NCBI GenBank assembly: GCA_965198065.1
Contig: CBDAON010000004.1
Coordinates: forward strand, 768,001 to 832,000
DNA: 64,000 nt
Direction of reading: 5' to 3'
Origin: Longimicrobiales bacterium
GTDB lineage: Bacteria > Gemmatimonadota > Gemmatimonadetes > Longimicrobiales > Gaopeijiaceae
Position numbers and translations under genes: made by a program. The notes below the pieces were generated by a model. The model was not told the DNA's origin. It worked only from the letters and a program-made list of their open reading frames with translations, and ran no database searches. This document shows, in pieces, positions 50,448 through 60,567 of this stretch (position 1 is the stretch's first letter; each line of letters begins with the position of its first letter).

Positions 50448-53400
50448 CTACCCCCGTCGGCCCCCACCCCGGAGTCGTTCGCGCGGGGTCCGACAGGGAG
50501 CCAGGTGCATCCAGATCACGGTCCCCCGCCCCGGTCGGCTCTCGGCCCGGACCGTCCCTCCCCACGACTCGACCAGCCGCCTCACGATCGCGAGCCCTAG
50601 CCCGGTCCCACCCGACCGAGTAGAGAAGTGCGGCTCGAAGACACGGGGAAGCAGGTCCGGCGTGATCCCGGTTCCTTCGTCCCTGACCTGGAGATCCACG
50701 CCCGTCTCCGACTCGAGGGCCTCCAGGCAAACGGTGCCGCCGGACGGAAGCGCGGTCCGCGCATTCTCGAGGAGGTTGACCAGCACCTCCTTCATCTCGC
50801 CGCTCCGCGCTCGGACCGGCGGAAGCCCCGATCCGCCCGAGTACTCGAACCGCACGGGCCCGTCTCCCGCCCTGTACAGATCGAGCACCTCGCCCACGAC
50901 CTCGTCCAGGTGCACGGGCTCGAGCGAGGTTCCTCCGTGAGGGGCTGGCGCGGCGAAGCGTGAAAAGGAGCTGGCCACGGACGCGAGCCGGTCGATCTCC
51001 TCCAGGATCGCCTCCACGTTCTTCTCCAGGATCTCGGCAAAGTCGGAGCGCCGATCCTCCCACGCCCGGCGGATGTGTTGCACCCCGAGCTTCATTGGCG
51101 TGAGAGGGTTTTTGACCTCGTGCGCCACCTGTTGAGCCATGTCTCCCCAGGCCAGGATCCGCTCCGTGCGGAGCTCGTCCGTCACGTCCTCAAGCGTCAG
51201 CACGACACCACCCGGCGGGCCCCGCCTGGAGATGCGGCGAGCGCGAACCCGGACGCGGCGTTCCCCGAAGGAGATTTCCTCGGAGGCCTCCGGGAGGCCG
51301 TCCGACAGGTACGCGCGCACCCATGCGGCGAGGGCCTCCCGCCCGTCTCCCGTCATCTCGCCCCCCGGCAGCGGGGCGCCCAGCTTGACGGCGGTGCCCA
51401 TCAGCCACTCCGCCCGCGGGTTCACGAGCCGCACGTCCCCCCGCACATCCAACGCGACGACCCCCGTCGCCACTTCCTCCACGATCGCGCGGGTCCGGCG
51501 GCTCGATCGAAGAAGGGCCCGTCTGGCCTTCGACAATCTGTCCACCATCCGGTTGAACGCGTCGAACACTGCCCCGAACTCGTCGCTCCGACCGTCCGGA
51601 AGCCGGACGGCCATGTTGCCCCCCCACCCGCTCCGACCCCACCCGGAGGGTCTGGATCGGCCGCGCCAGGGCGCGGCCGACAAGCAGGGCCAGAAGCGTC
51701 GAGAGGACCGCCCCCATCACCACTGAGAACCCCAGCAGGTCAGCGACGTCGCGCTGTCCGAGAGCCATGGGCCCCCGCCTGGAGGGGAGCGGGCGCCGCG
51801 AGCGTGCGCCCTCCCCCGATCCGGCGATACGCCACCACGTAGTCCCAGCCCCCGAGGCTCGCCGTGGCGGTGGTCATGAGGTCCTCGCCCGAGCGCACCC
51901 CGGCGTCTACCGCTGGCGGGAGCCACCCTTCGTAAAGCCCCAGCTCGAGCAGCTCGGGGTTCGAGCCGCCGACGAGGTCACCGTTCTCGTAGAGGAGGAG
52001 GTCCGAGCCCACGCGGCCCGCCAGCACGTCCATCGCCCCTTCCACCTCGGCGTACCACGAGGCAGCATCTTCGGCCGCACGGGTCGCGAGCGAGTCGGCC
52101 GTGCGGAGAGCCGCAGCCGACAGGGTTCGATAGGCCAGCGTCCCGAAGAGGATCGACGGAGTGAGGAAGAAGGCGAAGAGCGCCGCGGTCACCCTCCCCC
52201 GAAACGTCGTGAGCGTGGCGATCCACTGGACGGCTCTGGCCGGCCCTCCTTCCTGAAGCCATCGCCCCGCCGTCCAGAACAGCCCCAGGATTCCCACGTT
52301 CAGGAGGAGGAGCAGAGTTGCGCGCGCCAGTAGGAGGATCCACCCGGGAAGCTCGACCAGGTAGTGGGCGTGGTACCCGTCGTCCGGGTAGGCCACATAG
52401 GTTTCTCCCTGCCACCCCTGGTTCGTGCGCACCCACTCGATCCCCTCCGTCGTGCCGGGCACCTCACCGGGAAGGGCGGGGATCAGCACCAGCGGGTCGG
52501 GCGTGCCCCGCGCGGGGGAGAAGAGCGGGCCCAGGGGGGAGGCCCCGGTCAGCATCCTTCGCGGAGGAAGGATCGCGCTCACGAACGCCCCGCGCGTCAG
52601 AGGAGCCATACCCACGTAGTGGGTGTCCGCCAGGTCGAAGCGACGGACCACCGGCTCACCCGACGCCTCCGCCGCGGCGGTTACGTCTTCGCGGAGGGGC
52701 GGGCGGGTGCCCGACACTCCGATCTGGAGCTCGTCCCGCGGCGTGCCGTCCGCCGACCAGAACGTGATCCAGAGGGGAACGCCCTCCTGCGCGAGCCCGC
52801 TCTCCGTCCACGCGCCGTACAGCACCTCGACCGGCTCCCGTTCCTCGGCAGCGAGCTCGCGAACGCGCTCTCCCCATCGGAGGAGCAGGAACTCGAGGAA
52901 GGGATCGGGCCTCGTTCCGAGGCGTTCCACCCGCTCTTCGGCCACCTGAATGCGAGCCTGCACGCGCAGGTTCCACGCCCAGGGCAGGACCAGGGTCACG
53001 GAGAGCACGCTCAGGAAAACGTACCGGAGCAGGTGCCTGGACCAGGTCGGCCCAGCCGGAGCCCCGGCCAGCACGCCCCAGGCGGGGACGGTCCAGAGCA
53101 TCGCCAACCAGGCGGAGCGGCCCGCGGGGATCTGTCCCGCTAAGGCTGCCCACCCGAGGGAAAGCGCGAGTGCCCCGAGAACGGCCGCCCCGAGAACGAC
53201 AGGGCGACCCCGATCCTCCGTCCCGCTCCCCGGAGCGCCGAGAGACGCGACCATCCCCATAACGAGAAGACTGAGCCCCACCGCGGCGCCCTGGAACGCG
53301 ATCCAGCCGGCCTCGCCCTGCGCCAGAAAGTCGCGAGAGGCTCCCACCTCGCAGAGGAGGAGGGCCCCCGTGGCCAGCGCGGTCGCCGCAAGCGAGGCGC

Positions 53401-54489
53401 CGAGATACGCGAAACGCGTCCGGTTCGAAGCATCCCCAGGGCCAGCGCGCCCCCGAGGCCGAGGGCAAGGAGATCCTCGATCGTCAGAGGGAGGGGGCCC
53501 GCGAGCAGGAAGTCCGCCGGAGAGAAGGCGTCGGCCAGCCCCGTGAGCCGACCTACCGGAAGGGCAAGGACGAAGGTCACGAGGGATCCACCAGCAACCG
53601 CAGGCCCGAGCGGGTCCGCTTTCGCCGCGAGCAGGGACAGGAACCACCCCGCGAGAAGGAGGAGAGTGACCCCTCGCATCCAGAGCATCTCGTGGCGCGC
53701 CCTCTCCTCCCCCTCCGACGCCGGAAGGAGGGTGACGCTCAAGAGGACTCGATCCTCCCAACCGACGTCGAACACGCTCGCGCCGAGCGCGTGCTCGGCT
53801 CGGGAGACCTCGATCCGGGCGCCCGACGCGTCCTCGAACCTAGATCGGAAGTCGACCCCCGGCGGGACGAGCGGGGGGGGAAGCTCGGACCGGAGCAGGG
53901 ACGCAGCTACGGCCGTGCCTCCGCCCGCCACGGGTTCGGTCACGTACAGGTACCCAAAGAGCGCTCCCTCGCGGTACATGTATCGGGACGCGCCCCCGCG
54001 GACATCCGCCGGAATCGGCCCCTGGTGGCTCCCGTCCCAGGCGAGGAGCTCCCCCGAAGGGCCGAACAGTGCGAGCGCATCTACCCCTTCCGCCAGCAGC
54101 CCCGGGCGGAAGGCCGACATTCCGAGGGGTGTCTCGGAGGCGACTGCGGACAGGCGACTCGCGGCCCCCTCCCCGGCCGCGAGGAGGGTGTCGAACGCTC
54201 CGGCCAGGCGGGCCTGGGCCTCCACCTCCCTCGCCGCCGAGCGCTCCGGCCACTCCCTGGCAAACCGGTCCAGGCTCGCATGGGCGGCCAGGACTGCCGC
54301 TGTCCCAGCGAGAAGGAGCCCTCCGGCCCATGCCGTGCGTCGGTCCTTCCGATCGCCGAGGAGAAGGCCCGAAATGACCGCCGGGCCGGAAACGAGGGTC
54401 CAGAGGACCTCGCCCGAGCCCACCCAAAGGGCGAGGGCGGTCGCGCCCCCGTGAAAGCCCAGAAGTGACCACAGGGGCCCCCGGCTCAC
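50448..54489 (-). CDS. Very large multi-TM sensor histidine kinase (NtrY-like HAMP-PAS-HisKA-HATPase C-terminus) with three frameshifts (about 53420, 51770 and 51620)
   Basis: Four abutting ORF pieces: many TM helices, HAMP (RPIQTL...DEFGAVFDAFNRM), PAS (TGVVALD), AQQVAHEVKNPLTP, NLLENA, DEGTGI, FSTRSGGTGLGL. Confidence 0.85.
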
Positions 54490-54695
54490 CTGGGTTGCCC
54501 TCTCTCGTGAGGAAGCAGAGATTTCACCATGTTTCTGAGCCCCGGACCGGGTTCGCGGGCCTCGCCGTGAACCCGGGACGCCCGGCGATCCGTAGGTGCA
54601 AGATGGATCCGTGACCGGAGGCCGGACAGGGGAGCCCGGCCCCTACCCTCGAACGGCTCTGTGGCCGTTCTGGCACCCCCCTCTTTGGACCATCC

Positions 54696-55385
54696 ATGCG
54701 ATATCCTACCCTATTCTTGTCCTCCGCCGCATGGCTGTTCCTCTCGACCGGCCTGGAGGCCCAGGCCGTGACGCTAGACGAGGGGGTCTTTCGCATCTCC
54801 GTCGACGGGCGTGCCGTGGGGACCGAGGCGTTCTCGATCCACCGAACCGCGCCCGGCGGGGACGGGCAGGTACTCGCGTCGGCACAGCTGGACGTCGAGG
54901 AGGCTGGAGGCGCGCTCCACCTCCGGGTGGGCCTCGACGCGGCCCCCGAGGACCTCACGATCCGCCGCTACGAGGTGAAGGCGTCCGGGACCATCGAGGA
55001 AGAGAGCGTCTTGCTGCTCAGTGGTCAGCGGCTCGTGGCCACGACTCGCTCCACGCGCGGCGAGCGCGAGCGGGAGTTCCGGGCGACCGCCCGAACCGTC
55101 GTGCTCGACACGGGGCTGGCGCATCACTACTACTTCCTCGTCAGCCGGGCCCCGACCGGCGGGATCGTCCCCGTGGTCGCTCCGCGCGCCGGGCGACAGT
55201 ACGACGCCACGGTTGCGGAGGTCGGCAGTGAGACGCTGCTGATCGGGGGAACGCAGGTTCAGGCGCGACGACTCAGGGTCGAGGGCGGCGGAGAGAGCCG
55301 AGACGTCTGGGTGGACCGCGAGGGACGGGTCCTGAGGGTCCAGGATGCCTCGGGGTACGTGGCGGTCCGGGAGCAGGCGCCCTGA
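54696..55385 (+). CDS. Secreted beta-rich hypothetical protein
   Basis: Signal peptide ending LEAQA, alternating beta-strand pattern, C-terminal VWVDREGRVLRV. Confidence 0.7.
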   Translation: MRYPTLFLSSAAWLFLSTGLEAQAVTLDEGVFRISVDGRAVGTEAFSIHRTAPGGDGQVLASAQLDVEEAGGALHLRVGLDAAPEDLTIRRYEVKASGTIEEESVLLLSGQRLVATTRSTRGEREREFRATARTVVLDTGLAHHYYFLVSRAPTGGIVPVVAPRAGRQYDATVAEVGSETLLIGGTQVQARRLRVEGGGESRDVWVDREGRVLRVQDASGYVAVREQAP

Positions 55386-55427
55386 CGTGTGTCCCCGAGT
55401 CACTCGCTTAAAGAGGGGGTCCGAGAG

Positions 55428-56690
55428 GTGAGCCCAAGCCGAAAGATTCTCGTGGGGGTCCTCGTCCTCGTCGTGCTCGGCGGAGCGGCGGCCGCGCAGC
55501 TTCTCCGCGCCGACCGTGGAGTCGAGGTTCGCGTCGAAACGGTGGATGAGCGCGAGGTGATCTCGACGATCACCGCCATCGGACAGGTGCGCGCCCGGAA
55601 CCAGGTGAACATCTCGTCCGACGTCATGGGCCGTGTCGTGGAGCTGAACGTGGAGGAGGGGGACCAGGTGGAGGAGGGAGAGGTCCTGCTCACGATCGAT
55701 CCCCGGCAGGTGGAGGCCCAGGTCTCGAGCTCGGAGGCGAGCTTGAGCCAAGCGGAGGCCCAGGTCACCCAGCAGCGCGCGAACCTCGCTCAGTCCGAGC
55801 GCGAGTTGGCCCGTCTACGGGAGCTCCAGGCCGGTGGGATCGTGACCCTCCAGGAAGTGGAATCGGCCGAGACGCGCGTCGAGGTCCAACGAGCAAACCT
55901 CTCGGCATCCGAGCACGGGGTCGAGCAGGCCCAGGCGGCCCTCGACGAAGCGCGCGAGCTCCTTTCCCGCACGACGATTCGCGCGCCCATCTGGGGCCGG
56001 GTCATCCGCCTGAACATCAAGGCCGGAGAGACGGCCGTGATCGGCACGATGAACAATCCGGGGAGCCTTCTCCTCACGATCGGAGACCTGTCGGCAATCG
56101 AGGTCGTCATGGTCATGGACGAGACGGACATCCCGACGATTTCCGTCGGCGACTCGGCGGTCGTGGGGATCGACGCGTTCCCGGAGCGGACGTTTGCCGC
56201 GCGGGTCTCCTCGATCGGGAACTCCGCGATCCAGACCGGAAACACCTCGCCCACGAATCGAGGGAGCGTGAGCTTCGAGGTCATCCTGGCCCTCCTCGAT
56301 CCCCCGGCGGATCTCCGTCCCGACCTCTCCGCGACCGCCGACATCATCGTGGACTCCAGGCACCGGGCGGTCTCCGTTCCGATCATCTCCGTCACAGCTC
56401 AGGAGGACGAGGTGGCGGACACCGCGACCGGAAGCCCGGAGGGTCTGTCGTCCGGGGGGCCGCTCGCGGCCGCGGCCGCGCCGCCCGTCATCGAGGGCGT
56501 GTTCGTCGTGCGGGACCGCCGCGCCGTCTGGACGCCCGTCACCCTGGGGATCACCGGCCAGGAGCACTTCGAGATCCTCTCCGGGGTCTCCGTCGGGGAC
56601 ACCGTCGTGAGCGGTCCCTATCAGACGGTTCGGCAGCTCGAGGACGGCAACCGGATCCGGGTCGTGAGCGATCCGTCCCCGATGCCCTGA
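55428..56690 (+). CDS. Periplasmic adaptor (membrane fusion) protein, MacA-like
   Basis: N-terminal TM, lipoyl half-motif VEEGDQVEEG, coiled coil, TTIRAPI.G, GTMNNPG, DETDI. Start GTG 55428 or 55389. Confidence 0.92.
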   Translation: MSPSRKILVGVLVLVVLGGAAAAQLLRADRGVEVRVETVDEREVISTITAIGQVRARNQVNISSDVMGRVVELNVEEGDQVEEGEVLLTIDPRQVEAQVSSSEASLSQAEAQVTQQRANLAQSERELARLRELQAGGIVTLQEVESAETRVEVQRANLSASEHGVEQAQAALDEARELLSRTTIRAPIWGRVIRLNIKAGETAVIGTMNNPGSLLLTIGDLSAIEVVMVMDETDIPTISVGDSAVVGIDAFPERTFAARVSSIGNSAIQTGNTSPTNRGSVSFEVILALLDPPADLRPDLSATADIIVDSRHRAVSVPIISVTAQEDEVADTATGSPEGLSSGGPLAAAAAPPVIEGVFVVRDRRAVWTPVTLGITGQEHFEILSGVSVGDTVVSGPYQTVRQLEDGNRIRVVSDPSPMP

Positions 56691-56724
56691 TCCGGCCCGG
56701 CCGGGACCTACCCGCGACCCCCGT

Positions 56725-57966
56725 ATGCACTTTCGAGAAGGGATCGGCCTGGCCCTCCTCCAGATCCGCCAGGAGAAGCTGAAGAGCGCGTTCAGCCTCC
56801 TGGGGGTCATCATCGGCATCATGTTCCTCCTCGTCGTGGTGAGCGTCGTCGAGGGCGTGGATCGATACATCAGGGAGGACTTCTCCGACCAGTTGTTCGG
56901 GATCAACACGATCCTGGTCCGGCGCACGCCCGCCATTGTGATCGAGACGAGCCCGGCGCAGCGACGGGAATGGAGCCGCCGCCCCAGGCTCAACCTTGCC
57001 GATGCGGATGCGATCCGAGCCGCCCTGACGGTGCCCGCCCGGGTCGGCGTCGAGTCGGGAACGGGGGGGGAGGTCCGGACCTGGGACGGACGGGGCGTCG
57101 GGAGCACCCAGATCACGGCGATCTCGCCGGAGATCCTCGAGATCCGGACGCTCCTGGTGGAGTCGGGACGTCCCTTCTCCCCCCAGGAGGCGGAGCTCGG
57201 CCAGCCCGTGGCCATCCTCGGGAGCAGCCTGGCGGACGCCCTGTTTCCCGACTCCGATCCCGTGGGTGAGCGGATACGCGTTCGGGGCTTCCCCTTCCGG
57301 GTCGTGGGCGTCCTCGAGGCCCAGGGAGCGGTGTTCGGGATCAGCCTGGACAACCGCATCCTCGCTCCGGCCACGTCGCCGGCGCGCCGCTTCCTGGCGG
57401 ATCCTCGAACGGTCTCGACGGTCATCGTCCAGACGCTGGATCCCTTCGACATACCGACGGCGCTGGCCGACGTCGAGGCGGCGCTTCGCGTCGAGCGGCG
57501 CCTCCGGCCCGGCGAGCCCAGCAACTTCAGCGTCGAGACCGCGGAGAGCTCACTCGCGTTCTGGGATCGGATCTCCACCGTTCTGTTCCTCGCCCTGCCC
57601 GGGCTTGTCGGGATCTCGCTCGTCGTGGGCGGAATCGTGATCATGAACATCATGCTGGTCTCGGTCATGCAGCGGACCCGGGAGATCGGGGTCCGGATGG
57701 CCATTGGCGCGCGCCGTCGGGACATCGTCACGCAGTTCCTCGTCGAGGCCGCGACCCTGTCAGGCACCGGCGCCGTCATCGGGGTGTCGATCGGGCTCAT
57801 CCTGACCTGGATCGTCCGCTCCGCTACGTCGCTCCCCGCGGCCGTCGCGGCGCACTGGGTCGTCTTTGGCGTTCTCCTCGGGCTGGCCGTGGGAGTCGCG
57901 GCCGGGGTTTATCCGGCCGTGCGCGCGTCCCGCCTCGATCCTGTGGTTGCGCTCCGACATGAGTGA
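56725..57966 (+). CDS. ABC transporter permease, MacB/FtsX family
   Basis: SLLGVIIG, periplasmic domain, SLVVGGIVIMNIMLVSV.QRTREIGVR.AIGA, YPA.RASRLDPV.ALRHE. Confidence 0.94.
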   Translation: MHFREGIGLALLQIRQEKLKSAFSLLGVIIGIMFLLVVVSVVEGVDRYIREDFSDQLFGINTILVRRTPAIVIETSPAQRREWSRRPRLNLADADAIRAALTVPARVGVESGTGGEVRTWDGRGVGSTQITAISPEILEIRTLLVESGRPFSPQEAELGQPVAILGSSLADALFPDSDPVGERIRVRGFPFRVVGVLEAQGAVFGISLDNRILAPATSPARRFLADPRTVSTVIVQTLDPFDIPTALADVEAALRVERRLRPGEPSNFSVETAESSLAFWDRISTVLFLALPGLVGISLVVGGIVIMNIMLVSVMQRTREIGVRMAIGARRRDIVTQFLVEAATLSGTGAVIGVSIGLILTWIVRSATSLPAAVAAHWVVFGVLLGLAVGVAAGVYPAVRASRLDPVVALRHE

Positions 57967-59314
57967 CCGCGGTGTCCGGGGCCTGGACCCCGCGAAGGAC
58001 AAGCTGTCCGAGACGCTGCGACAGCTACGCCGATTGGGCGGCGGAGTCGGGGAAGGCGTCCGGATCGGGGTCGACTCGATTGCCGCGAACCGGTTTCGCT
58101 CGGGCCTCACGATCCTCGGGGTCGGAGTCGGCGTATCGGTTGTCGTCCTGATGGCGGCCCTCATCACCGGGGTCCGAACGTCCATCCAGGAGGGCATCGA
58201 GTCCGCCGGTCCCCGAAACCTGTTCGTGACGCGCTTCGATCCGTCCGAGGTGCAACTGACGCTGGGTCCCGGCAGACCCTCCTCTTTCTTCAATCGCCCC
58301 CGCATGACGGCCGAGGAGGCGCGCCGGGTCAAGGCGCTTCCGGCCGTCGCGAACGCGGTGCTGAGCGTGGGCCTCTCGGACCCCGGCTCGGGCGGGATGA
58401 CCCTAGAGTTCGAGGGAACCCGGGTGACGGGGGTGTCGGGCGCCGCGGAGTCGGCGGAGTCGGACGACTGGCCCGAGTATCGGGCGGCCACGTTCGTCCA
58501 GGGCCGCAACTTCGTCCCCTCGGAGGTCCGGAGCGCACGCTCCGTCCTGGTCCTCTCGGAGCAGCTCGCGCGGGACCTCTTCGGTACCCGGAACCCACTA
58601 GGACAGCGCGTGCGGGCCACCGGGGGCCCGCGAGGGGCGCTCCCCATGACCGTGATCGGCATCGTCCAGCCCCAGGAGAACCCCTTCGAGGACGGAGGAG
58701 CGTATCTCGCCGTCGTCCCCTATACGACCGCCGTCCGACGGATGGGGGCATCGGAGTCCTCCGGCCAGATGATCGTCGTCCCGCAGCCCGACGTCTCGAT
58801 CGACGAGACGGAGGACCAGATCATCGGGCTCATGAGAGGGCTGCGAGGTCTCGCGCCGGTCGAGGAGAACAACTTCTCGGTCGTGCGCTCGACTCAGATT
58901 CTGGCGCTCTTCGATCGTCTCACGGCCGTGTTCTTCATCGTCATGCTGGCCCTCTCCTCCGTGGCTCTCCTCGTCGGAGGCGTCGGCGTGATCGGCATCA
59001 TGATGATCTCCGTGACCGAGCGTACCCAGGAGATCGGGGTCCGAAAGGCGGTCGGCGCGACCGGGGCCGAGATCCTTTGGCAGTTCTTGGTGGAGGCAGG
59101 ATTCCTGACCCTGGTCGGCGGCGCCGCGGGCCTCATCTTTGGAGGAGGCGTCGCCTGGACGGTAGCCACCGCCACCCCCGTTCCGGCGAGCGTCCCGGCC
59201 TGGGCGGTGGGCGCGGCCCTCGCGATGGCCGCCGTGACTGGGATGCTGTTCGGGCTCCTCCCCGCTGCGAAAGCAGCCCGGATGGAGCCCGTGGCCGCGC
59301 TCCGTCACGAGTGA
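57959..59314 (+). CDS. Second ABC transporter permease, MacB/FtsX family
   Basis: RSGLTILGVGVGV, VGGVGVIGIMMISVTERTQEIGVRKAVGA, PA.KAARMEPV.ALRHE. ATG 57959 overlaps the previous gene. Confidence 0.93.
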   Translation: MSDRGVRGLDPAKDKLSETLRQLRRLGGGVGEGVRIGVDSIAANRFRSGLTILGVGVGVSVVVLMAALITGVRTSIQEGIESAGPRNLFVTRFDPSEVQLTLGPGRPSSFFNRPRMTAEEARRVKALPAVANAVLSVGLSDPGSGGMTLEFEGTRVTGVSGAAESAESDDWPEYRAATFVQGRNFVPSEVRSARSVLVLSEQLARDLFGTRNPLGQRVRATGGPRGALPMTVIGIVQPQENPFEDGGAYLAVVPYTTAVRRMGASESSGQMIVVPQPDVSIDETEDQIIGLMRGLRGLAPVEENNFSVVRSTQILALFDRLTAVFFIVMLALSSVALLVGGVGVIGIMMISVTERTQEIGVRKAVGATGAEILWQFLVEAGFLTLVGGAAGLIFGGGVAWTVATATPVPASVPAWAVGAALAMAAVTGMLFGLLPAAKAARMEPVAALRHE

Positions 59315-59339
59315 GCGAGACTACGCGAGGATCTCTCAC

Positions 59340-60080
59340 ATGACCGAGCCCGAAGCGAACGGTCCCCTGGACGTGGTCGCGGCCTTCGCCCATCCCGACG
59401 ACGCAGAGCTTCTGGCCGGAGGAAGCCTGGCCCGCGCCGTCGAGCGCGGGGCCCGCGTGGGCATTCTCGACCTCACGCGAGGGGAGAGGGGCACGTTCGG
59501 GACCCCCGAGATCCGAGCGCGGGAAGCGGAGGAGGCCGCGGGAGCCCTGGGCGTCGTGGGCCGGTGGAACGCGGGCTTCCCGGACGCGGCCGTGGACGTC
59601 AGGGAAGAGAGCAGGCTCCGGGTCGCGGGGATCATCCGGGAGCTTCGTCCGGCCGTCGTGGTGACCCACTGGCTGGAGGGTCGGCACCCGGACCACGTGG
59701 CCACGGCCCGACTCGTCGTCGAGGCCTCCTTCCTCGCGGGCCTCAAGAACCTGGACTGTCCTGGTGAGGCCTTCCGCCCTCGGAAGGTCGTCCACGCCAC
59801 GCTCTTTCACGAGGACGCGCCGCCTCCGTCGTTCGTGATCGACGTGACGGACCAGGTGGATCGGAAGCTCCGGGCGCTCGACTGCTACGCGTCCCAGCTC
59901 CGGGGGGCGAAGGGGCGGGGCGAGGTGTTCCCGGGCGGCGACCGCCCGATCGCGGAGCAGGTGCGGGCCCACATGGCGGTGTGGGGCTCCCGGATCCGCC
60001 GGGCTTACGGGGAGCCCTTCTGGACTCGGGAGTCGCTTCTCGTGGACTCTCTCGACGCGCTGGGCGTACCGACGTTCTGA
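59340..60080 (+). CDS. bshB1: Bacillithiol biosynthesis deacetylase (PIG-L family)
   Basis: AHPDDAE, DLTRGE.GT.GTPEIR..E, RHPDH, A.FLAGL, YASQ. Confidence 0.8.
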   Translation: MTEPEANGPLDVVAAFAHPDDAELLAGGSLARAVERGARVGILDLTRGERGTFGTPEIRAREAEEAAGALGVVGRWNAGFPDAAVDVREESRLRVAGIIRELRPAVVVTHWLEGRHPDHVATARLVVEASFLAGLKNLDCPGEAFRPRKVVHATLFHEDAPPPSFVIDVTDQVDRKLRALDCYASQLRGAKGRGEVFPGGDRPIAEQVRAHMAVWGSRIRRAYGEPFWTRESLLVDSLDALGVPTF

Positions 60081-60136
60081 CGGGCGCGGCCAACCGACCG
60101 GCTACGGGCCCGAAAGCCGTTACAGGTCGGGACCCT

Positions 60137-60475
60137 CTACGGACACGAGACTTCGAGGAGAAGGCGCCGCCAGCTCGGCGTCTCCCGACCGGAGACCCGG
60201 ATGGCGCGGGCGTTCGCGCGCCCGCCCTCGAGCAGCCACGGCGCGAGCCACTCCCCGATCTCGGGGGGGAGGTGTCCCACCGGCTCCCCAGACCGGAGGA
60301 GGACCCACACCTCCGGCTCTTCCTGCACGGGAGGGTCGGGCATGAGGGTAAGATCGTCTCCCTCCCGGATCCGCTCGAGCATGACCTCGCGCCCCCCGAA
60401 GACCGTGCCATGGACGGTGGCTCGAAAGCACCGGGGCTGGCCCAACGGAAAGGGTGGGAGCGCTTCGAGCGGCAT
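60137..60475 (-). CDS. Stand-alone HIRAN-like domain protein
   Basis: FRATVHGTVF..R, GDDLTL..DP, VWV, VGHLP..I...LAP.L, matching the HIRAN beta-barrel pattern. Confidence 0.65.
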   Translation of the reverse strand: MPLEALPPFPLGQPRCFRATVHGTVFGGREVMLERIREGDDLTLMPDPPVQEEPEVWVLLRSGEPVGHLPPEIGEWLAPWLLEGGRANARAIRVSGRETPSWRRLLLEVSCP

Positions 60476-60567
60476 GACGCTGAGGGAACGATCCGGTGCG
60501 CGGTTACGGGGCCAGGCGAAGTCTCGCTAACTTACTGTTACGCACCCTGGAGCGGAAACCCCCGCGT

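Noticed and set aside
51619..51625. G7 tract in the kinase as a phase-variation switch
   Set aside because: The gene has two other frameshifts and the whole region carries similar indels, so assembly error is simpler.
54669..54690. CTGGCAC as a sigma54 -24 element
   Set aside because: No TTGC at the correct distance.
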